Sequence record: SRR22947727_1096
Reading direction: 5' to 3' (one strand)
Length of the DNA stretch: 46,806 bases
Both the position numbers and the translations under genes were made by a program. The number at the start of each line of letters is the position of its first letter. The stretch's first letter is position 1. Shown here one piece after another: positions 29,807 through 40,879 of this stretch. A model generated the notes under the pieces. It worked only from the letters and a program-made list of their open reading frames with translations. It was not told where the DNA came from and did no database searches.

Positions 29807-32226
29807 AAAAATATCTTAATCTAATAATTAACTACCATAAATTTATTCTTTTATTTTTAGGCTTGTTAATGTTTGTAAGCTCATATGGAATAAATAATTT
29901 TAAGCTTGATGCCTCATCAGATGCCTTGGTTATAGAAGGTGATCAGGCCTTAAAAACTTATAGAAATATTGAGAAGGAATTCGGCAGCTCAGATTTTTTA
30001 ATAATTGTCTTTGAGCCTTATGATGAGATTTTTTCAAATGATGTTATTGAAATAATTAAAGAACTTGATACAAAGCTTGAGCAAATTGATAGAGTAGAAT
30101 CTGTTTTATCAATTGTAGATGCCCCGGTTTTTTTTCAACCAAGAGTTCCTCTGGTCGATGTTTCGGATAATTTAAAAGATCTTGATAATCCAAACATTGA
30201 CCTTGCACTAGCAAAAGATGAATTCTTAAATAATCCTATATATCAAAGTCTTATTATCAGTGATGACGGCAATACAACAGCAATACAAATAAATCTAAAA
30301 GATAATAAAAATTACAATAATTTAATAGAGAGAAGATATACATCACTTGAATCAGGGGATGATAAATCTGTCAGTAAGTTAAATATTGAAATTTCAAAAC
30401 TTAATGATGATATCTCAAAACAGAATATTGAAACTATAAAGGCTATAAGAGAAACAATCTCTCCTTTTAAAAATTATGGAACTATTTATCTTGGTGGTCC
30501 CTCCATGATTGCTACCGATATGATGACATTCATACAAGATGATTTAATTGTCTTTGGAATTGGCGTTGCCATTGTTTTTGCATTAATGCTTTACTTATTC
30601 TTCGGAAATATTTGGTTTGTATTTTTGCCATTAACTAATGCGTTTTTAGCAACATTTTCCACTGCTTCATTTCTTGGTTTTATGGATTGGAAAATTAGCG
30701 TTGTATCATCAAACTTTATTGCCCTTTTATTGATATTAACTATTTCCTTAACAGTGCATGTTTTAGTAAAGTTTAACGAATTAAAAGATGAAATTTCTTC
30801 AAGGGAAAAAAGGCTAGATGATACATTAAAACAAATCATAGCCCCGTGCTTCTTTGCTGCTTTTACAACTGGAATTGCTTTTATGTCTTTGCTGACCGGT
30901 GAACTGAAGCCCGTAATAGAATTTGGAAAGATGATGACTGTAGGAATACTATTTGCATTCATGACAACCTTTACCTTCATTCCTAGTGCTTTAATGCTAA
31001 TTAAAAATACAAATACAAAGGATGTTTTAAGGCTTCATAGAATTACAGGTATCTTTTACAGGCTTTCTAAAAGGAATCATATTTATATTTTTACATTTTC
31101 TATAGTAATGGCATGTCTTCTATCCTTTGGAGCGACAAAATTAGAAGTTGAAAATAAATTTATAGATTATTTTGATAGTTCTACAGAAATATACAAAGGA
31201 ATGCTAAAGATAGATAAGGATCTAGGAGGCACAGCAACACTTGATATTATAATCTCCGAGCCCACAGAGAATTTTATTGAAGAGGCTGATGAGGATGATG
31301 ATCTTTTTATTGATGATTTATTTGAAGATGAGTCTTCTAATGCATCTGGTTATTGGTGGAATATCTACAGCTTGTCAAAACTCGAGGATATTCATGATTA
31401 CTTAGACTCTAAGAACGAAATAGGAAAGGTTTTAAGTGTTGCAAGTGGGATTAAGCTCGCCAGAGAAATTAATGAAGGCGAAGATCTTAATGATCTTGAA
31501 TTGGCCTTATTAAGGTCAGTATTGCCAGAAGACATAAAAGATACATTGTTATATTCCTACATTAACGAAGATGATTCAGTTGTAAGAATTTCAACAAGAG
31601 TTGTTGAAACTTCATCTGGTTTAAATAGAAATAATTTAATTAAAGAAATTAAATATGATTTAATTGAAAAGTTTAACCTTGATGAGGATCAGTTTGAGAT
31701 TACAGGGCTTGCAGTTCTTTATAATAATATGCTGCAGTCACTATTCGCAGCTCAAATTGGTTCTATATCAATTGTGTTTGCTGTTATTGCTTTAATGTTT
31801 TTAGCAATATTTAAAACTTTCAAGGCAATGATAGTAGGCCTCATTCCAAATGTGTTTGTTGCACTATCAGTTATTGGTACATTAGGACTTCTTGGACTTC
31901 CGCTAGACATAATGACAATTACAGTGGCAGCAATAAGCGTAGGTATGGCTGTAGATAACACCATTCATTATATGTATAGATATAAAAAAGAAATGAAAAA
32001 AACAAAAGATCCAATGGTCTCTATGCGAAATTCTCATATAAATGTTGGAAGAGCTTTATTTTATACAGCAGCTACAATTTCTATTGGTTTTTCAATACTA
32101 GCTTTTTCTAATTTTTTCCCAACAGTGCTATTTGGAATTTTTACTAGCATGGCATTAATTATTTCTTTTATATCATCACTAACATTACTTCCAAATTTAT
32201 TAGTCAAATTCAATCTTTTCAAATAG
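29803..32226 (+). CDS. MMPL / RND superfamily transporter
   Basis: F.LDASSD.L, GG..MIA.DM, two TM bundles, G.AVDNTIHY. Confidence 0.9.
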   Translation: MKKYLNLIINYHKFILLFLGLLMFVSSYGINNFKLDASSDALVIEGDQALKTYRNIEKEFGSSDFLIIVFEPYDEIFSNDVIEIIKELDTKLEQIDRVESVLSIVDAPVFFQPRVPLVDVSDNLKDLDNPNIDLALAKDEFLNNPIYQSLIISDDGNTTAIQINLKDNKNYNNLIERRYTSLESGDDKSVSKLNIEISKLNDDISKQNIETIKAIRETISPFKNYGTIYLGGPSMIATDMMTFIQDDLIVFGIGVAIVFALMLYLFFGNIWFVFLPLTNAFLATFSTASFLGFMDWKISVVSSNFIALLLILTISLTVHVLVKFNELKDEISSREKRLDDTLKQIIAPCFFAAFTTGIAFMSLLTGELKPVIEFGKMMTVGILFAFMTTFTFIPSALMLIKNTNTKDVLRLHRITGIFYRLSKRNHIYIFTFSIVMACLLSFGATKLEVENKFIDYFDSSTEIYKGMLKIDKDLGGTATLDIIISEPTENFIEEADEDDDLFIDDLFEDESSNASGYWWNIYSLSKLEDIHDYLDSKNEIGKVLSVASGIKLAREINEGEDLNDLELALLRSVLPEDIKDTLLYSYINEDDSVVRISTRVVETSSGLNRNNLIKEIKYDLIEKFNLDEDQFEITGLAVLYNNMLQSLFAAQIGSISIVFAVIALMFLAIFKTFKAMIVGLIPNVFVALSVIGTLGLLGLPLDIMTITVAAISVGMAVDNTIHYMYRYKKEMKKTKDPMVSMRNSHINVGRALFYTAATISIGFSILAFSNFFPTVLFGIFTSMALIISFISSLTLLPNLLVKFNLFK

Positions 32227-32235
32227 TATTACCTT

Positions 32236-33339
32236 ATGGGTCCTTTAAATGGTATCAAGATAATTGAATTTGCTGGCATAGGCCCAGGTCCATTTTGCGG
32301 AATGGCTCTTGCTGATCTTGGGGCTGAAGTTATAACTATTAATAAAAATAATGAAAAAGGCATTTACAATAAATTTGATATTCATAATAGATCTAAGTAT
32401 TCATTAACTGCTGACCTTAAAAATATCTCCTCAAGAGATGAAATCCTTAAATTAATATCTCAAGTGGATGGATTGATTGAGGGGTATAGGCCTGGAGTAA
32501 TGGAGTCTTTGGGTTTAGGTCCTGATGATTGTTTTAATGTTAACTCGAAGCTTGTATATGGAAGAATGACAGGATGGGGGCAAGAAGGCCCTATGTCTAA
32601 AAATGCAGGGCATGATATTAATTATATTTCGCTAACTGGTGCTCTTGGCGCTATGGGTAGAAATGATTCTCCTCCATCACCACCTCTAAATTTAATTGGT
32701 GATTATGGTGGCGGAGGCATGCATCTTGCTCTTGGCATGACCGCAGCATTTATTCATCAAATTAAAACGGGAGAGGGTCAGGTTGTTGATTCTGCAATGA
32801 TCGATGGGACGTCTATGTTAATGAGTTTTTTTTATTCCTTTAATCAGATGGGTTATTGGGAAGATGCTAGAGAATCTAACTTGCTTGATGGAGCTGCGCA
32901 TTTCTATGACACCTATGAATGTGCTGATGGGAAATTTTTAGCCATTGGTTCAATTGAGCCAAAATTCTACAATATTTTTTTAGAAAAACTTGGAATTAAA
33001 GATAGTGAATTCTTGGATCAAATGGATAAAACTAAATGGCCTGACCTTAAAATTAAAGTAGCAAAAATAATCCTTACTAAAGATAGGGATGATTGGGCAT
33101 CAATATTTAAAAATACAGATGGCTGTGTAACGCCAGTACTCTCTCTTTCTGAGGCTCCATTGAATGAGCATAATGTTGCAAGGAGCACATTTACTTCTCT
33201 TGATGGGGTAACTCAGCCAAAACCATCTCCAAGATTTTCTAAATCTAAATTAGATATTAGACACAACTCTAGAGAGAAAGGGGCAGATACCTCAAGCTTG
33301 ATAGAAAAATTTAATCTAGACCCAAAAGCTTTTAGTTAA
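32236..33339 (+). CDS. CaiB/BaiF CoA-transferase family (alpha-methylacyl-CoA racemase-like)
   Basis: IEFAGIGPGPF, EGYRPGVME.LGLGP, AGHDINY, NL.GDYGGG. Confidence 0.93.
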   Translation: MGPLNGIKIIEFAGIGPGPFCGMALADLGAEVITINKNNEKGIYNKFDIHNRSKYSLTADLKNISSRDEILKLISQVDGLIEGYRPGVMESLGLGPDDCFNVNSKLVYGRMTGWGQEGPMSKNAGHDINYISLTGALGAMGRNDSPPSPPLNLIGDYGGGGMHLALGMTAAFIHQIKTGEGQVVDSAMIDGTSMLMSFFYSFNQMGYWEDARESNLLDGAAHFYDTYECADGKFLAIGSIEPKFYNIFLEKLGIKDSEFLDQMDKTKWPDLKIKVAKIILTKDRDDWASIFKNTDGCVTPVLSLSEAPLNEHNVARSTFTSLDGVTQPKPSPRFSKSKLDIRHNSREKGADTSSLIEKFNLDPKAFS

Positions 33340-34111
33340 AGAACTCAATTGCATTATTATATGTCTGGTCTATGAGGGTTTCTTTATCAATATCTAATAA
33401 CATAGAAACCTCATTAGCTATATGAGGTAAAAAAGAGGGCTCATTCCTGTTTCCCTTTGTTTTAATATTTCTTGGTATTAAGTAAGGACAATCAGTTTCT
33501 ATCATCAGCTTTTCAATAGGAATGCTTTTAACGGTCTCTCTTAGGACGTGGTTTCTCCTTTCATCACATATCCAACCAGTTAGACCAACAAAAAAGTCAT
33601 ATTCCAAATATTCATCTAGCTCATCTTTAGAACCGGTAAAGCAGTGAACAACACACTTGGGTAGGTAATCTTTATATTTTTTTAATATTTTAATAAAGTC
33701 ACCATGCGAATCTCTTTGATGAAGAAATAATGGTTTATTATGTTTGATAGCAATTTTTATTTGCTCCTCAAAAGCATATATTTGATTCTCGTAAGATGAA
33801 ATATTTCTAAAAAAATCTAGACCAGTTTCCCCAACAGCATTAGGTTTATGCATCAAGATAATATTCTCTAAGTGCTCGGGCGTTTCTTCATTAAAATCAT
33901 TTGCATGATGGGGATGAATACCAGATGTAAAAAAACAATTACCAGAATATGAATTCTTTATTTTTAAAATTTTGTCTATATCTTTTATCTCTGCAGAAAC
34001 TAATAAAAACTTGTCAACATTGTTACTAATTGCATTTACGATTACTTCATCTAAATCCTCATCAAATCTATCACTCGTGAAGTTGCATGCTATATCAAAT
34101 AATTTATTCAT
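33332..34111 (-). CDS. tatD: TatD family DNase
   Basis: GIHPH, GETGLDF, FLHQR, VVHCFTG, GW.CDERR, ETDCPYL. Confidence 0.94.
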   Translation of the reverse strand: MNKLFDIACNFTSDRFDEDLDEVIVNAISNNVDKFLLVSAEIKDIDKILKIKNSYSGNCFFTSGIHPHHANDFNEETPEHLENIILMHKPNAVGETGLDFFRNISSYENQIYAFEEQIKIAIKHNKPLFLHQRDSHGDFIKILKKYKDYLPKCVVHCFTGSKDELDEYLEYDFFVGLTGWICDERRNHVLRETVKSIPIEKLMIETDCPYLIPRNIKTKGNRNEPSFLPHIANEVSMLLDIDKETLIDQTYNNAIEFFN

Positions 34112-34158
34112 AATTTTAAGTTTTATATATCTCTAATTATGAACTAAAATCATGAAAC

Positions 34159-35010
34159 ATGAATCAATTTAAAAAATTCCAATCAGCTATTTCTGTTAAA
34201 AAACTATCTAATAGCTTATTTAAAATAACGCCAGACAAAGATTATTTCGTAGGCAACACACCACATGGTGGATATCTAAAAGCTGTTATGAATAATGCCT
34301 TGATTGCTTGCTTGCCTCACTCCATATCTATTAGCTCATCTATCCAATATTTAGATAGAACAGAAGCAAAAGAAGTATTTTTAGAAGTAGATATTCTTAA
34401 AATTAGCAGAGGAAGCTCATCTGGTTTTGTAAAACTAATTCAAGATGAAAAAGTATGCGCAACCCTTACAGGGACATGCTCTGACTTTGAGCATATGAAG
34501 GGCTTTGATGGTCTGAATACACCTCTTCCTAAAATCTTTGATGATGAAAATCACAATAATTATAAAAGCTTAAATTATGACATGATCTCCAAAGGGTTTA
34601 CGCCATCATTTATTAAACAGCTTGATTGTAAAATTAATCCCAAGCATGCTTGGTGGGACAGAAAAGAAAATAATGATGATGCAGAGGCAAGATGCTCAGC
34701 TTTCCTTGAGATGTCTGGAGGAATCCCTGATCAATTCTGCCTTTTCTATTATTCAGATATTCTTCCGCCCGTTGTTTCAAATAAATATGGTGCATTAGGA
34801 TGGATACCAACAATTACTTTAACAACCCATATCCGGATGATGCCCACAACCTCAAAGCTATTTGCAGACTTTAATGCTTCTGATATTAGAAAAGGTTACT
34901 TTGAGCAAGATGCAAGAATTTGGGATTTGAACGGAAATTTTGTTGCTTCAAGCAGACAACTGACTAGAATACTTAAGTCAGATGAAAAATTATCAAAATA
35001 CAGGGAATAA
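34159..35010 (+). CDS. Acyl-CoA thioesterase family (double hot-dog)
   Basis: PHGGY, D..PP, W.PTITLT.H, IWD..G..VA.SRQL. Confidence 0.88.
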   Translation: MNQFKKFQSAISVKKLSNSLFKITPDKDYFVGNTPHGGYLKAVMNNALIACLPHSISISSSIQYLDRTEAKEVFLEVDILKISRGSSSGFVKLIQDEKVCATLTGTCSDFEHMKGFDGLNTPLPKIFDDENHNNYKSLNYDMISKGFTPSFIKQLDCKINPKHAWWDRKENNDDAEARCSAFLEMSGGIPDQFCLFYYSDILPPVVSNKYGALGWIPTITLTTHIRMMPTTSKLFADFNASDIRKGYFEQDARIWDLNGNFVASSRQLTRILKSDEKLSKYRE

Positions 35011-35012
35011 AG

Positions 35013-35867
35013 ATGCAATTTAAAGGAACTAAAAATTATATAGCAACAGAAGATCTGAGTTTAGCTGTTAATGCAGCAGCAGCGCTGGAGAGACCTTTGC
35101 TTATCAAAGGTGAACCAGGTACTGGAAAAACTCTTCTTGCAATAGAGGTAGCCGATGCTTTGGGATTAGAGCTAATCGAATGGCACATCAAATCAACCAC
35201 CAAAGCTTCACAAGGACTATATGAATATGATGCCGTAACAAGGCTTAGAGACTCGCAGCTTGGTGATGAGAGGGTTAAGGATATAGCAAATTATATTAAC
35301 AAAGGTAAATTATGGGAGGCATTTGAATCTGACAAACAGGTTGTATTGCTCATTGATGAGATTGATAAAGCTGATATAGAGTTTCCTAATGATCTTCTTC
35401 AAGAAATAGATAGAATGGAATTCTTTTGTTACGAGACTGGCAAAACCATTAAAGCTAAACACAGGCCTTTGATCATAATGACATCTAATAATGAAAAAGA
35501 GTTGCCAGATGCATTTTTAAGAAGATGCTTTTTTCACTATATACAATTCCCAGATAGACAAACTATGAACAAAATTGTTTCCGTACATTACCCAAAGATT
35601 AAAAAGAAGCTTGTTAATGAGTCTCTGGAAATATTTTTTGACCTTCGTAAAATTCCTGGACTTAAAAAGAAACCATCAACCTCAGAATTAATTGATTGGT
35701 TAAAATTATTACTGTCAGATGATATGCCTGATGAGATTCTAAAAAATGCAGATTCATCTAAAGCAATTCCTCCTTTATACGGTGCTTTATTGAAAAATGA
35801 GCAAGACGTGCAACTTCTAGAAAGATTGGCATTTATGTCTAGAAGAGAATCTGCTTCATCGAAATAA
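35013..35867 (+). CDS. MoxR family AAA ATPase
   Basis: LLIKGEPGTGKT, LLIDEIDKADIEFPNDLL, ELPDAFLRRC. Confidence 0.95.
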   Translation: MQFKGTKNYIATEDLSLAVNAAAALERPLLIKGEPGTGKTLLAIEVADALGLELIEWHIKSTTKASQGLYEYDAVTRLRDSQLGDERVKDIANYINKGKLWEAFESDKQVVLLIDEIDKADIEFPNDLLQEIDRMEFFCYETGKTIKAKHRPLIIMTSNNEKELPDAFLRRCFFHYIQFPDRQTMNKIVSVHYPKIKKKLVNESLEIFFDLRKIPGLKKKPSTSELIDWLKLLLSDDMPDEILKNADSSKAIPPLYGALLKNEQDVQLLERLAFMSRRESASSK

Positions 35868-37043
35868 ATGCTTATAAATCTTTTTCAAACCGTAAGATCT
35901 TCTGGTGTTCCATGCTCACTTAGAGAGTTATTAGATCTTCTTGGCGCTCTTGAAAAACAATTGGTCTATGCAAATATTGATGATTTTTATTACTTATCAA
36001 GAGCAATACTTGTAAAAGACGAAAAACATTATGATAAGTTTGATAAAGCTTTTGATATTTATTTTAAGGGTATAGAAAAATTAGAAGATATTTTCCAAGC
36101 TTTGATTCCTGAAGACTGGTTAAGAAAAGCATTTGAAAAAGAATTAGATCCAGAAGAGCTAAAAAAGATTAAATCTCTTGGAGGTCTGGATAAATTGCTT
36201 GAAGAGTTTAAAAAAAGATTGGAAGAACAAAAGGATAGGCATGAAGGTGGCAACAAATGGATTGGTACTAATGGAACTTCACCTTTTGGACATGGCGGTC
36301 AAAACCCAGAAGGAATAAGGGTTGGGGGAGAGGGCGGTCAAAAATCTGCTGTAAAGGTATGGGAACAAAGACAATATAGTAATCTGGATGACTCTATCAT
36401 TATTGGAACTAGAGAAATGAAGATGGCCTTAAGACGCCTTAGAAAATTTGCCAGACATGGCAATGATCTTGAGCTAGATATGGATGGAACTATAAAATCA
36501 ACCGCCAAAAATGCAGGATATCTAGACATTAAAATGGTTCCTGAAAGATCTAATGCCGTTAAAGTTATTGTTCTTTTTGATGTTGGTGGTTCAATGGATC
36601 CATACATAAAGCTTTGTGAAGAGCTTTTTTCAGCAATTAAAACAGAATTCAAGCATTTAGAATATTTCTATTTTCACAACTCTATTTATGAATCTGTATG
36701 GAAAGATAACAGAAGAAGATCGCAAGAGAGATTCCTTGTTCAAGACATCATTAATAAATATTCATCTGATTACAAAATTATTGTGGTGGGTGATGCCACA
36801 ATGGCTCCTTATGAAATAACTAATTCAGGTGGAAGTATTGAGCACTGGAACGAGGAACCCAGCGTAACCTGGATTAATAGACTTTCAGAGCATTTCAATA
36901 ACATGGCTTGGCTAAATCCTGTTCCTGATGACCACTGGGACTATTCATCATCTGTTTGTATTTTGAAAGACTTATTCGACGATAGAATGTATCCTTTAAC
37001 TTTAAAAGGTTTAGAAAACGCAATGGGAGAGTTAACTAAATGA
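35868..37043 (+). CDS. VWA domain protein (CoxE-like), partner of MoxR
   Basis: GGNKWIGT.GTSPFG, DVGGSM (MIDAS), VGDA.M.PYE, WLNP. Confidence 0.92.
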   Translation: MLINLFQTVRSSGVPCSLRELLDLLGALEKQLVYANIDDFYYLSRAILVKDEKHYDKFDKAFDIYFKGIEKLEDIFQALIPEDWLRKAFEKELDPEELKKIKSLGGLDKLLEEFKKRLEEQKDRHEGGNKWIGTNGTSPFGHGGQNPEGIRVGGEGGQKSAVKVWEQRQYSNLDDSIIIGTREMKMALRRLRKFARHGNDLELDMDGTIKSTAKNAGYLDIKMVPERSNAVKVIVLFDVGGSMDPYIKLCEELFSAIKTEFKHLEYFYFHNSIYESVWKDNRRRSQERFLVQDIINKYSSDYKIIVVGDATMAPYEITNSGGSIEHWNEEPSVTWINRLSEHFNNMAWLNPVPDDHWDYSSSVCILKDLFDDRMYPLTLKGLENAMGELTK

Positions 37044-38380
37044 ATGCAGTAAATAATAGTAAAGGAATTAAATGGGGACCATTTACGTTGAGGATACCAT
37101 TTATACATATTAAATTTAGGGCTGGTGAGTTTTTTCAAGGAATGGTAATTTCAGGAGCTACAGCTTTTGCAGCAGTTCCTGTTGCAATGGGTCTTGGTCT
37201 TAGTTTTGAAGATGGTATCGCTTTAAGTTTTATTGCTGGAACATTGATCGCATCTGGTCCTATATTGTTTGGAGAACCAATGGCTCCAGGGTGGATAACA
37301 CCTGCATTGCCAATTGTAATTGCAGCTTTTGCTGCTAAAGGGCAATTTACTGGCGTATATGATGTAACAACTTTCCATTATATGGCAGCAATATGTATTG
37401 AATTTACTCTTCTAATTTTCATATTAGGTGTAACTGGTTGGGGCAAAAAATTAATACAAATTATTCCAAATGGTTTAAAGGCAGGAATTATTCTTGGCGC
37501 AGCTCTTGCAGCATTCTATCAAGTGTTTGTAACTGATTTAGATAAGCTATTACTTCAACCAATTTCAATGTTTGTTGCGATTTCTGTTTGTGTTATTACT
37601 ACTTTCTCAGATCCGTTTAAAAAACTTGCTGCAAATAATAGGTTTTTTAGTAAATTAGGTTCACTAGGTCTTCTTCCCGGATTTGTTCTTGCAGCCTTTG
37701 TAGCTTTCTTATGCAATGAAGTAACATTCAATATTGAATGGGGTTTTAAAATTCCTGATGTAGTATCCCTTTTTAATAAAACATCACCACTTGCTATTGG
37801 CTTTCCTCCAATAGAAATGTATATAGAAGCAATTCCCTTAGTTGTAATTGGCTACACTCTTCTATTTGGTGATTTAATTACTGCAAATGAAGTTTTAAAT
37901 GATGCTCAAAAGTCTAGACCAGATGAAAAGCTTGATATTGATCTGAATAGATCACATCTTTCTATAGCGGCAAGAAATCTAATAGGTCTATTAATCAATC
38001 CCTTTTTTCCAACACAAGGAGCATTATGGACAGGTGTTCATGTAGTTGTAGTTGAGAGATGGAAAAAAGGCTTTAAAGAAATGCCATCAATATTTGATGG
38101 TCTGGGCTCATATTATTTAATGGCGCTCCCCATTCTTTACTTCACTTTACCTTTTATCACTTTAATGAAGCCTTTAATGCAAATGGCTTTATCTCTAACC
38201 CTCATATTAACTGGTTTTGCTTGTGCATATGTTGCGATGGCAATTCCTAAGAAGAATTCTGAAATGGCTTCAGCGTTATTAATTGCTGTCTTTATAACTT
38301 TTTTCAGTGCCTGGGTTGGTTTATTAATTGGTATAATACTCAGTATATTTGTCGTTGGCTTAGATAAAACTGAAAAATAA
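37040..38380 (+). CDS. Polytopic membrane transporter (SLC23/NCS2-like superfamily, substrate unknown)
   Basis: About 12 hydrophobic segments, PGWITPALP. Confidence 0.7.
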   Translation: MNAVNNSKGIKWGPFTLRIPFIHIKFRAGEFFQGMVISGATAFAAVPVAMGLGLSFEDGIALSFIAGTLIASGPILFGEPMAPGWITPALPIVIAAFAAKGQFTGVYDVTTFHYMAAICIEFTLLIFILGVTGWGKKLIQIIPNGLKAGIILGAALAAFYQVFVTDLDKLLLQPISMFVAISVCVITTFSDPFKKLAANNRFFSKLGSLGLLPGFVLAAFVAFLCNEVTFNIEWGFKIPDVVSLFNKTSPLAIGFPPIEMYIEAIPLVVIGYTLLFGDLITANEVLNDAQKSRPDEKLDIDLNRSHLSIAARNLIGLLINPFFPTQGALWTGVHVVVVERWKKGFKEMPSIFDGLGSYYLMALPILYFTLPFITLMKPLMQMALSLTLILTGFACAYVAMAIPKKNSEMASALLIAVFITFFSAWVGLLIGIILSIFVVGLDKTEK

Positions 38381-38385
38381 TTACT

Positions 38386-39306
38386 ATGGCATTCGCATTA
38401 GAGATCACAGATCTAAAAAAAACATATCCTGGTGGAGTAGAGGCCTTAAAAGGAATATCGCTTTCAGTAAATGAGGGAGATTTTTATGCTTTGCTTGGCC
38501 CCAATGGTGCCGGAAAATCATCTACTATAGGTATTATTGGATCATTGGTAACAAAGTCATCCGGCAGTGTAAAGATTTTTGATGTAGATACCGAGAAAGA
38601 CGCACCACTTGCCAAAACGATGCTTGGTGTTGTATCTCAGGAAATCAATTTTTCTCAATTTGAAAAAGTTATAGACATAGTTGTAACCCAAGCTGGGTTT
38701 TACGGTATTTCAAAAAAAGAGGCATTACCTAGAGTAGAAAATATTTTAAAAAGATTAAGCTTATGGGATAAAAGAGATCAACAAGCAAGAACACTATCAG
38801 GAGGCTTTAAGAGGAGACTTATGATAGCCAAAGCTCTTGTTCATGAACCAAAGTTATTAATACTTGATGAACCTACAGCAGGTGTAGACATAGAACTTAG
38901 AAGAGAGATGTGGTCATTTTTAAAAGAAATAAATAAAAATGGTACAACTATAATACTTACCACTCATTATCTTGAAGAAGCAGAGCAGCTATGCAGAAAT
39001 ATAGGAATTATTGATCATGGTAAAATAGTAGCTAATACAAGTATGAAAGATCTATTGGGATCACTTAACGTTCAGGGTTTTGTCTTTGATCTTCAGTCAC
39101 CTTTAGAGGAAGCCCCTTTTATAGATGGGTTTCCAATTAAGCTTGAAGACTCTTTAACTCTTATAGCAGCTGTAAGTAAAGATAGATCGATTAACGCTTT
39201 ATTTAACGAACTATCCAAATTAGGTATCAAGGTAAAATCAATGAGAAATGAAGCAAATAGGCTTGAAGAGCTATTTATTGAAATGGTGAACTCTAATGAA
39301 AAATAA
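38386..39306 (+). CDS. yadG: ABC transporter ATP-binding protein (YadG-like)
   Basis: GPNGAGKS, LSGG.KRRLMIA, LDEPTAGVDIELRR, NRLEELF. Confidence 0.9.
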   Translation: MAFALEITDLKKTYPGGVEALKGISLSVNEGDFYALLGPNGAGKSSTIGIIGSLVTKSSGSVKIFDVDTEKDAPLAKTMLGVVSQEINFSQFEKVIDIVVTQAGFYGISKKEALPRVENILKRLSLWDKRDQQARTLSGGFKRRLMIAKALVHEPKLLILDEPTAGVDIELRREMWSFLKEINKNGTTIILTTHYLEEAEQLCRNIGIIDHGKIVANTSMKDLLGSLNVQGFVFDLQSPLEEAPFIDGFPIKLEDSLTLIAAVSKDRSINALFNELSKLGIKVKSMRNEANRLEELFIEMVNSNEK

Positions 39307-40075
39307 CCCAAGCATTAGAATTGGTCTTTGGACTTTAGCAGTAAAAGAAATTAGGCGTTTTTTAAGAATATGGGTTCAAACATTAGTGCCTCCAGCCGTA
39401 ACGATGTCTCTTTATTTTGTAATATTTGGATCATTGATTGGTCCAAGAATTGGATCCATGGAAGGCCTTGATTATATTCAATTTATGATTCCTGGATTGA
39501 TAATGATGTCAGTTATTACTAATTCTTATAACAATGTCGTCTCATCTTTTTATTCTGTTAAATTTCAAAAATCTATTGAAGAGCTTTTAATATCTCCAAT
39601 GCCTAATTGGACAATACTGCTTGGTTTTGTGATTGGCGGTGTGTGTAGGGGTGTTTTAATAGGCTTTATTGTATTTATTGTAAGTCTTTTGTTCTACCCT
39701 GAATTTACTGTTGTCAATCCACTTTTGACTATTACAGTCCTTCTTTTAACCTCAATTCTATTCTCATTAATGGGTTTTCTAAATGCTGTTTTTGCAGATA
39801 GCTTTGATGATATTTCAATTATTCCTACATTTGTTTTAACGCCTCTTATTTATCTCGGTGGTGTTTTTTATTCCATAAAAATACTTCCTGAATTTTGGCA
39901 AATTGTGTCAAAAGCAAATCCAATGCTTTATGTAGTCAGCACGTTTAGAGAAGGCATGCTGGGTGTTAGTGATGTTTCAATTTCCTTTTCCTTGGGAATG
40001 ATTTTAGGATTTATAGGTCTTTTAACCGGGGCATCTTTATATCTTTTAAAAAAAGGCTCAGGCATTAGACAATGA
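39296..40075 (+). CDS. yadH: ABC-2 permease (YadH-like)
   Basis: KEIRRF.RIW.QTL.PP, PGLIMMSVITNSY.NV.SSF, TPL.YLGGVFYS. Confidence 0.9.
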   Translation: MKNNPSIRIGLWTLAVKEIRRFLRIWVQTLVPPAVTMSLYFVIFGSLIGPRIGSMEGLDYIQFMIPGLIMMSVITNSYNNVVSSFYSVKFQKSIEELLISPMPNWTILLGFVIGGVCRGVLIGFIVFIVSLLFYPEFTVVNPLLTITVLLLTSILFSLMGFLNAVFADSFDDISIIPTFVLTPLIYLGGVFYSIKILPEFWQIVSKANPMLYVVSTFREGMLGVSDVSISFSLGMILGFIGLLTGASLYLLKKGSGIRQ

Positions 40076-40794
40076 CAAGAAAACACCTTGGCAAAGCCAC
40101 TTCAAACTATTCATCAGCATCGTTCAAAACATTAGATCCAATTCCAAGAGCTCTTAATTCTGATTCTTTTGGAGTTGATTTTTGGAATGCATATGAATTT
40201 ACATATCTTGATAAAAATAATCTTCCAGTATTAAAAGTTCTTGAAATAGCAGTGCCTTCAAACTCTAAGAATATAGTTGAATCAAAATCATTAAAAATTT
40301 ATTTGAATTCTTTTTATAAGAAAAAATATAAATATCAGAAGGATGTGCTTACTGTAATCAAAAAAGATCTAGATAAAATTACCGAATCATCTATCAAGGT
40401 TCGCTTTGTTAACAAATATATAAACGCACCTGATAGCATAAATCTTAATAATACAAAACTTAAAAAAACACCATCAAACAAAATACTATTATTTACAGGA
40501 TTTAGATCAATCTGTCCTGTTACAGCTCAACCAGATTTTGCTAATATTTATATTCTTACTGAGGCAAAAATTGATATTTCATGGCTTAATAATTTTTTAG
40601 TTTCTTATAAAGATAAAGGTGATTTCCATGAACAATGTATTGAAGGAATATTTTCTGAAATAAACAATAAATATGAACCAAAAAATTTAGATATTATTGG
40701 CAGATTTATGAGAAGGGGCGGCATAGATATTAATCCTGCTCGTTCCTTAGATAAAAAACCATTTTTTACAAATTTTAGATTTTTTAATCAATAA
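40072..40794 (+). CDS. queF: NADPH-dependent 7-cyano-7-deazaguanine reductase (two-domain type)
   Basis: W.AYE, ESKSLK.YLNSF, CPVTAQPDF, FHEQC, RRGGIDINP.R. Confidence 0.93.
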   Translation: MTRKHLGKATSNYSSASFKTLDPIPRALNSDSFGVDFWNAYEFTYLDKNNLPVLKVLEIAVPSNSKNIVESKSLKIYLNSFYKKKYKYQKDVLTVIKKDLDKITESSIKVRFVNKYINAPDSINLNNTKLKKTPSNKILLFTGFRSICPVTAQPDFANIYILTEAKIDISWLNNFLVSYKDKGDFHEQCIEGIFSEINNKYEPKNLDIIGRFMRRGGIDINPARSLDKKPFFTNFRFFNQ

Positions 40795-40879
40795 AAATTA
40801 TATCTCTAGACTTTTATTTTTGCTCAATTCTCTTTAGTATAGTTAACTTAGTATTTTTTTATATTTAAAGGAGAGAAAA

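Noticed and set aside
31270-31335. Acidic low-complexity tract EEADEDDDLFIDDLFEDE in the MMPL protein
   Set aside because: In-frame loop of a kind I recall in this transporter family; not a DNA repeat element.
35013-37043. MoxR-VWA pair as a novel system
   Set aside because: A widespread, conserved proteobacterial chaperone-like pair in an ordinary context.
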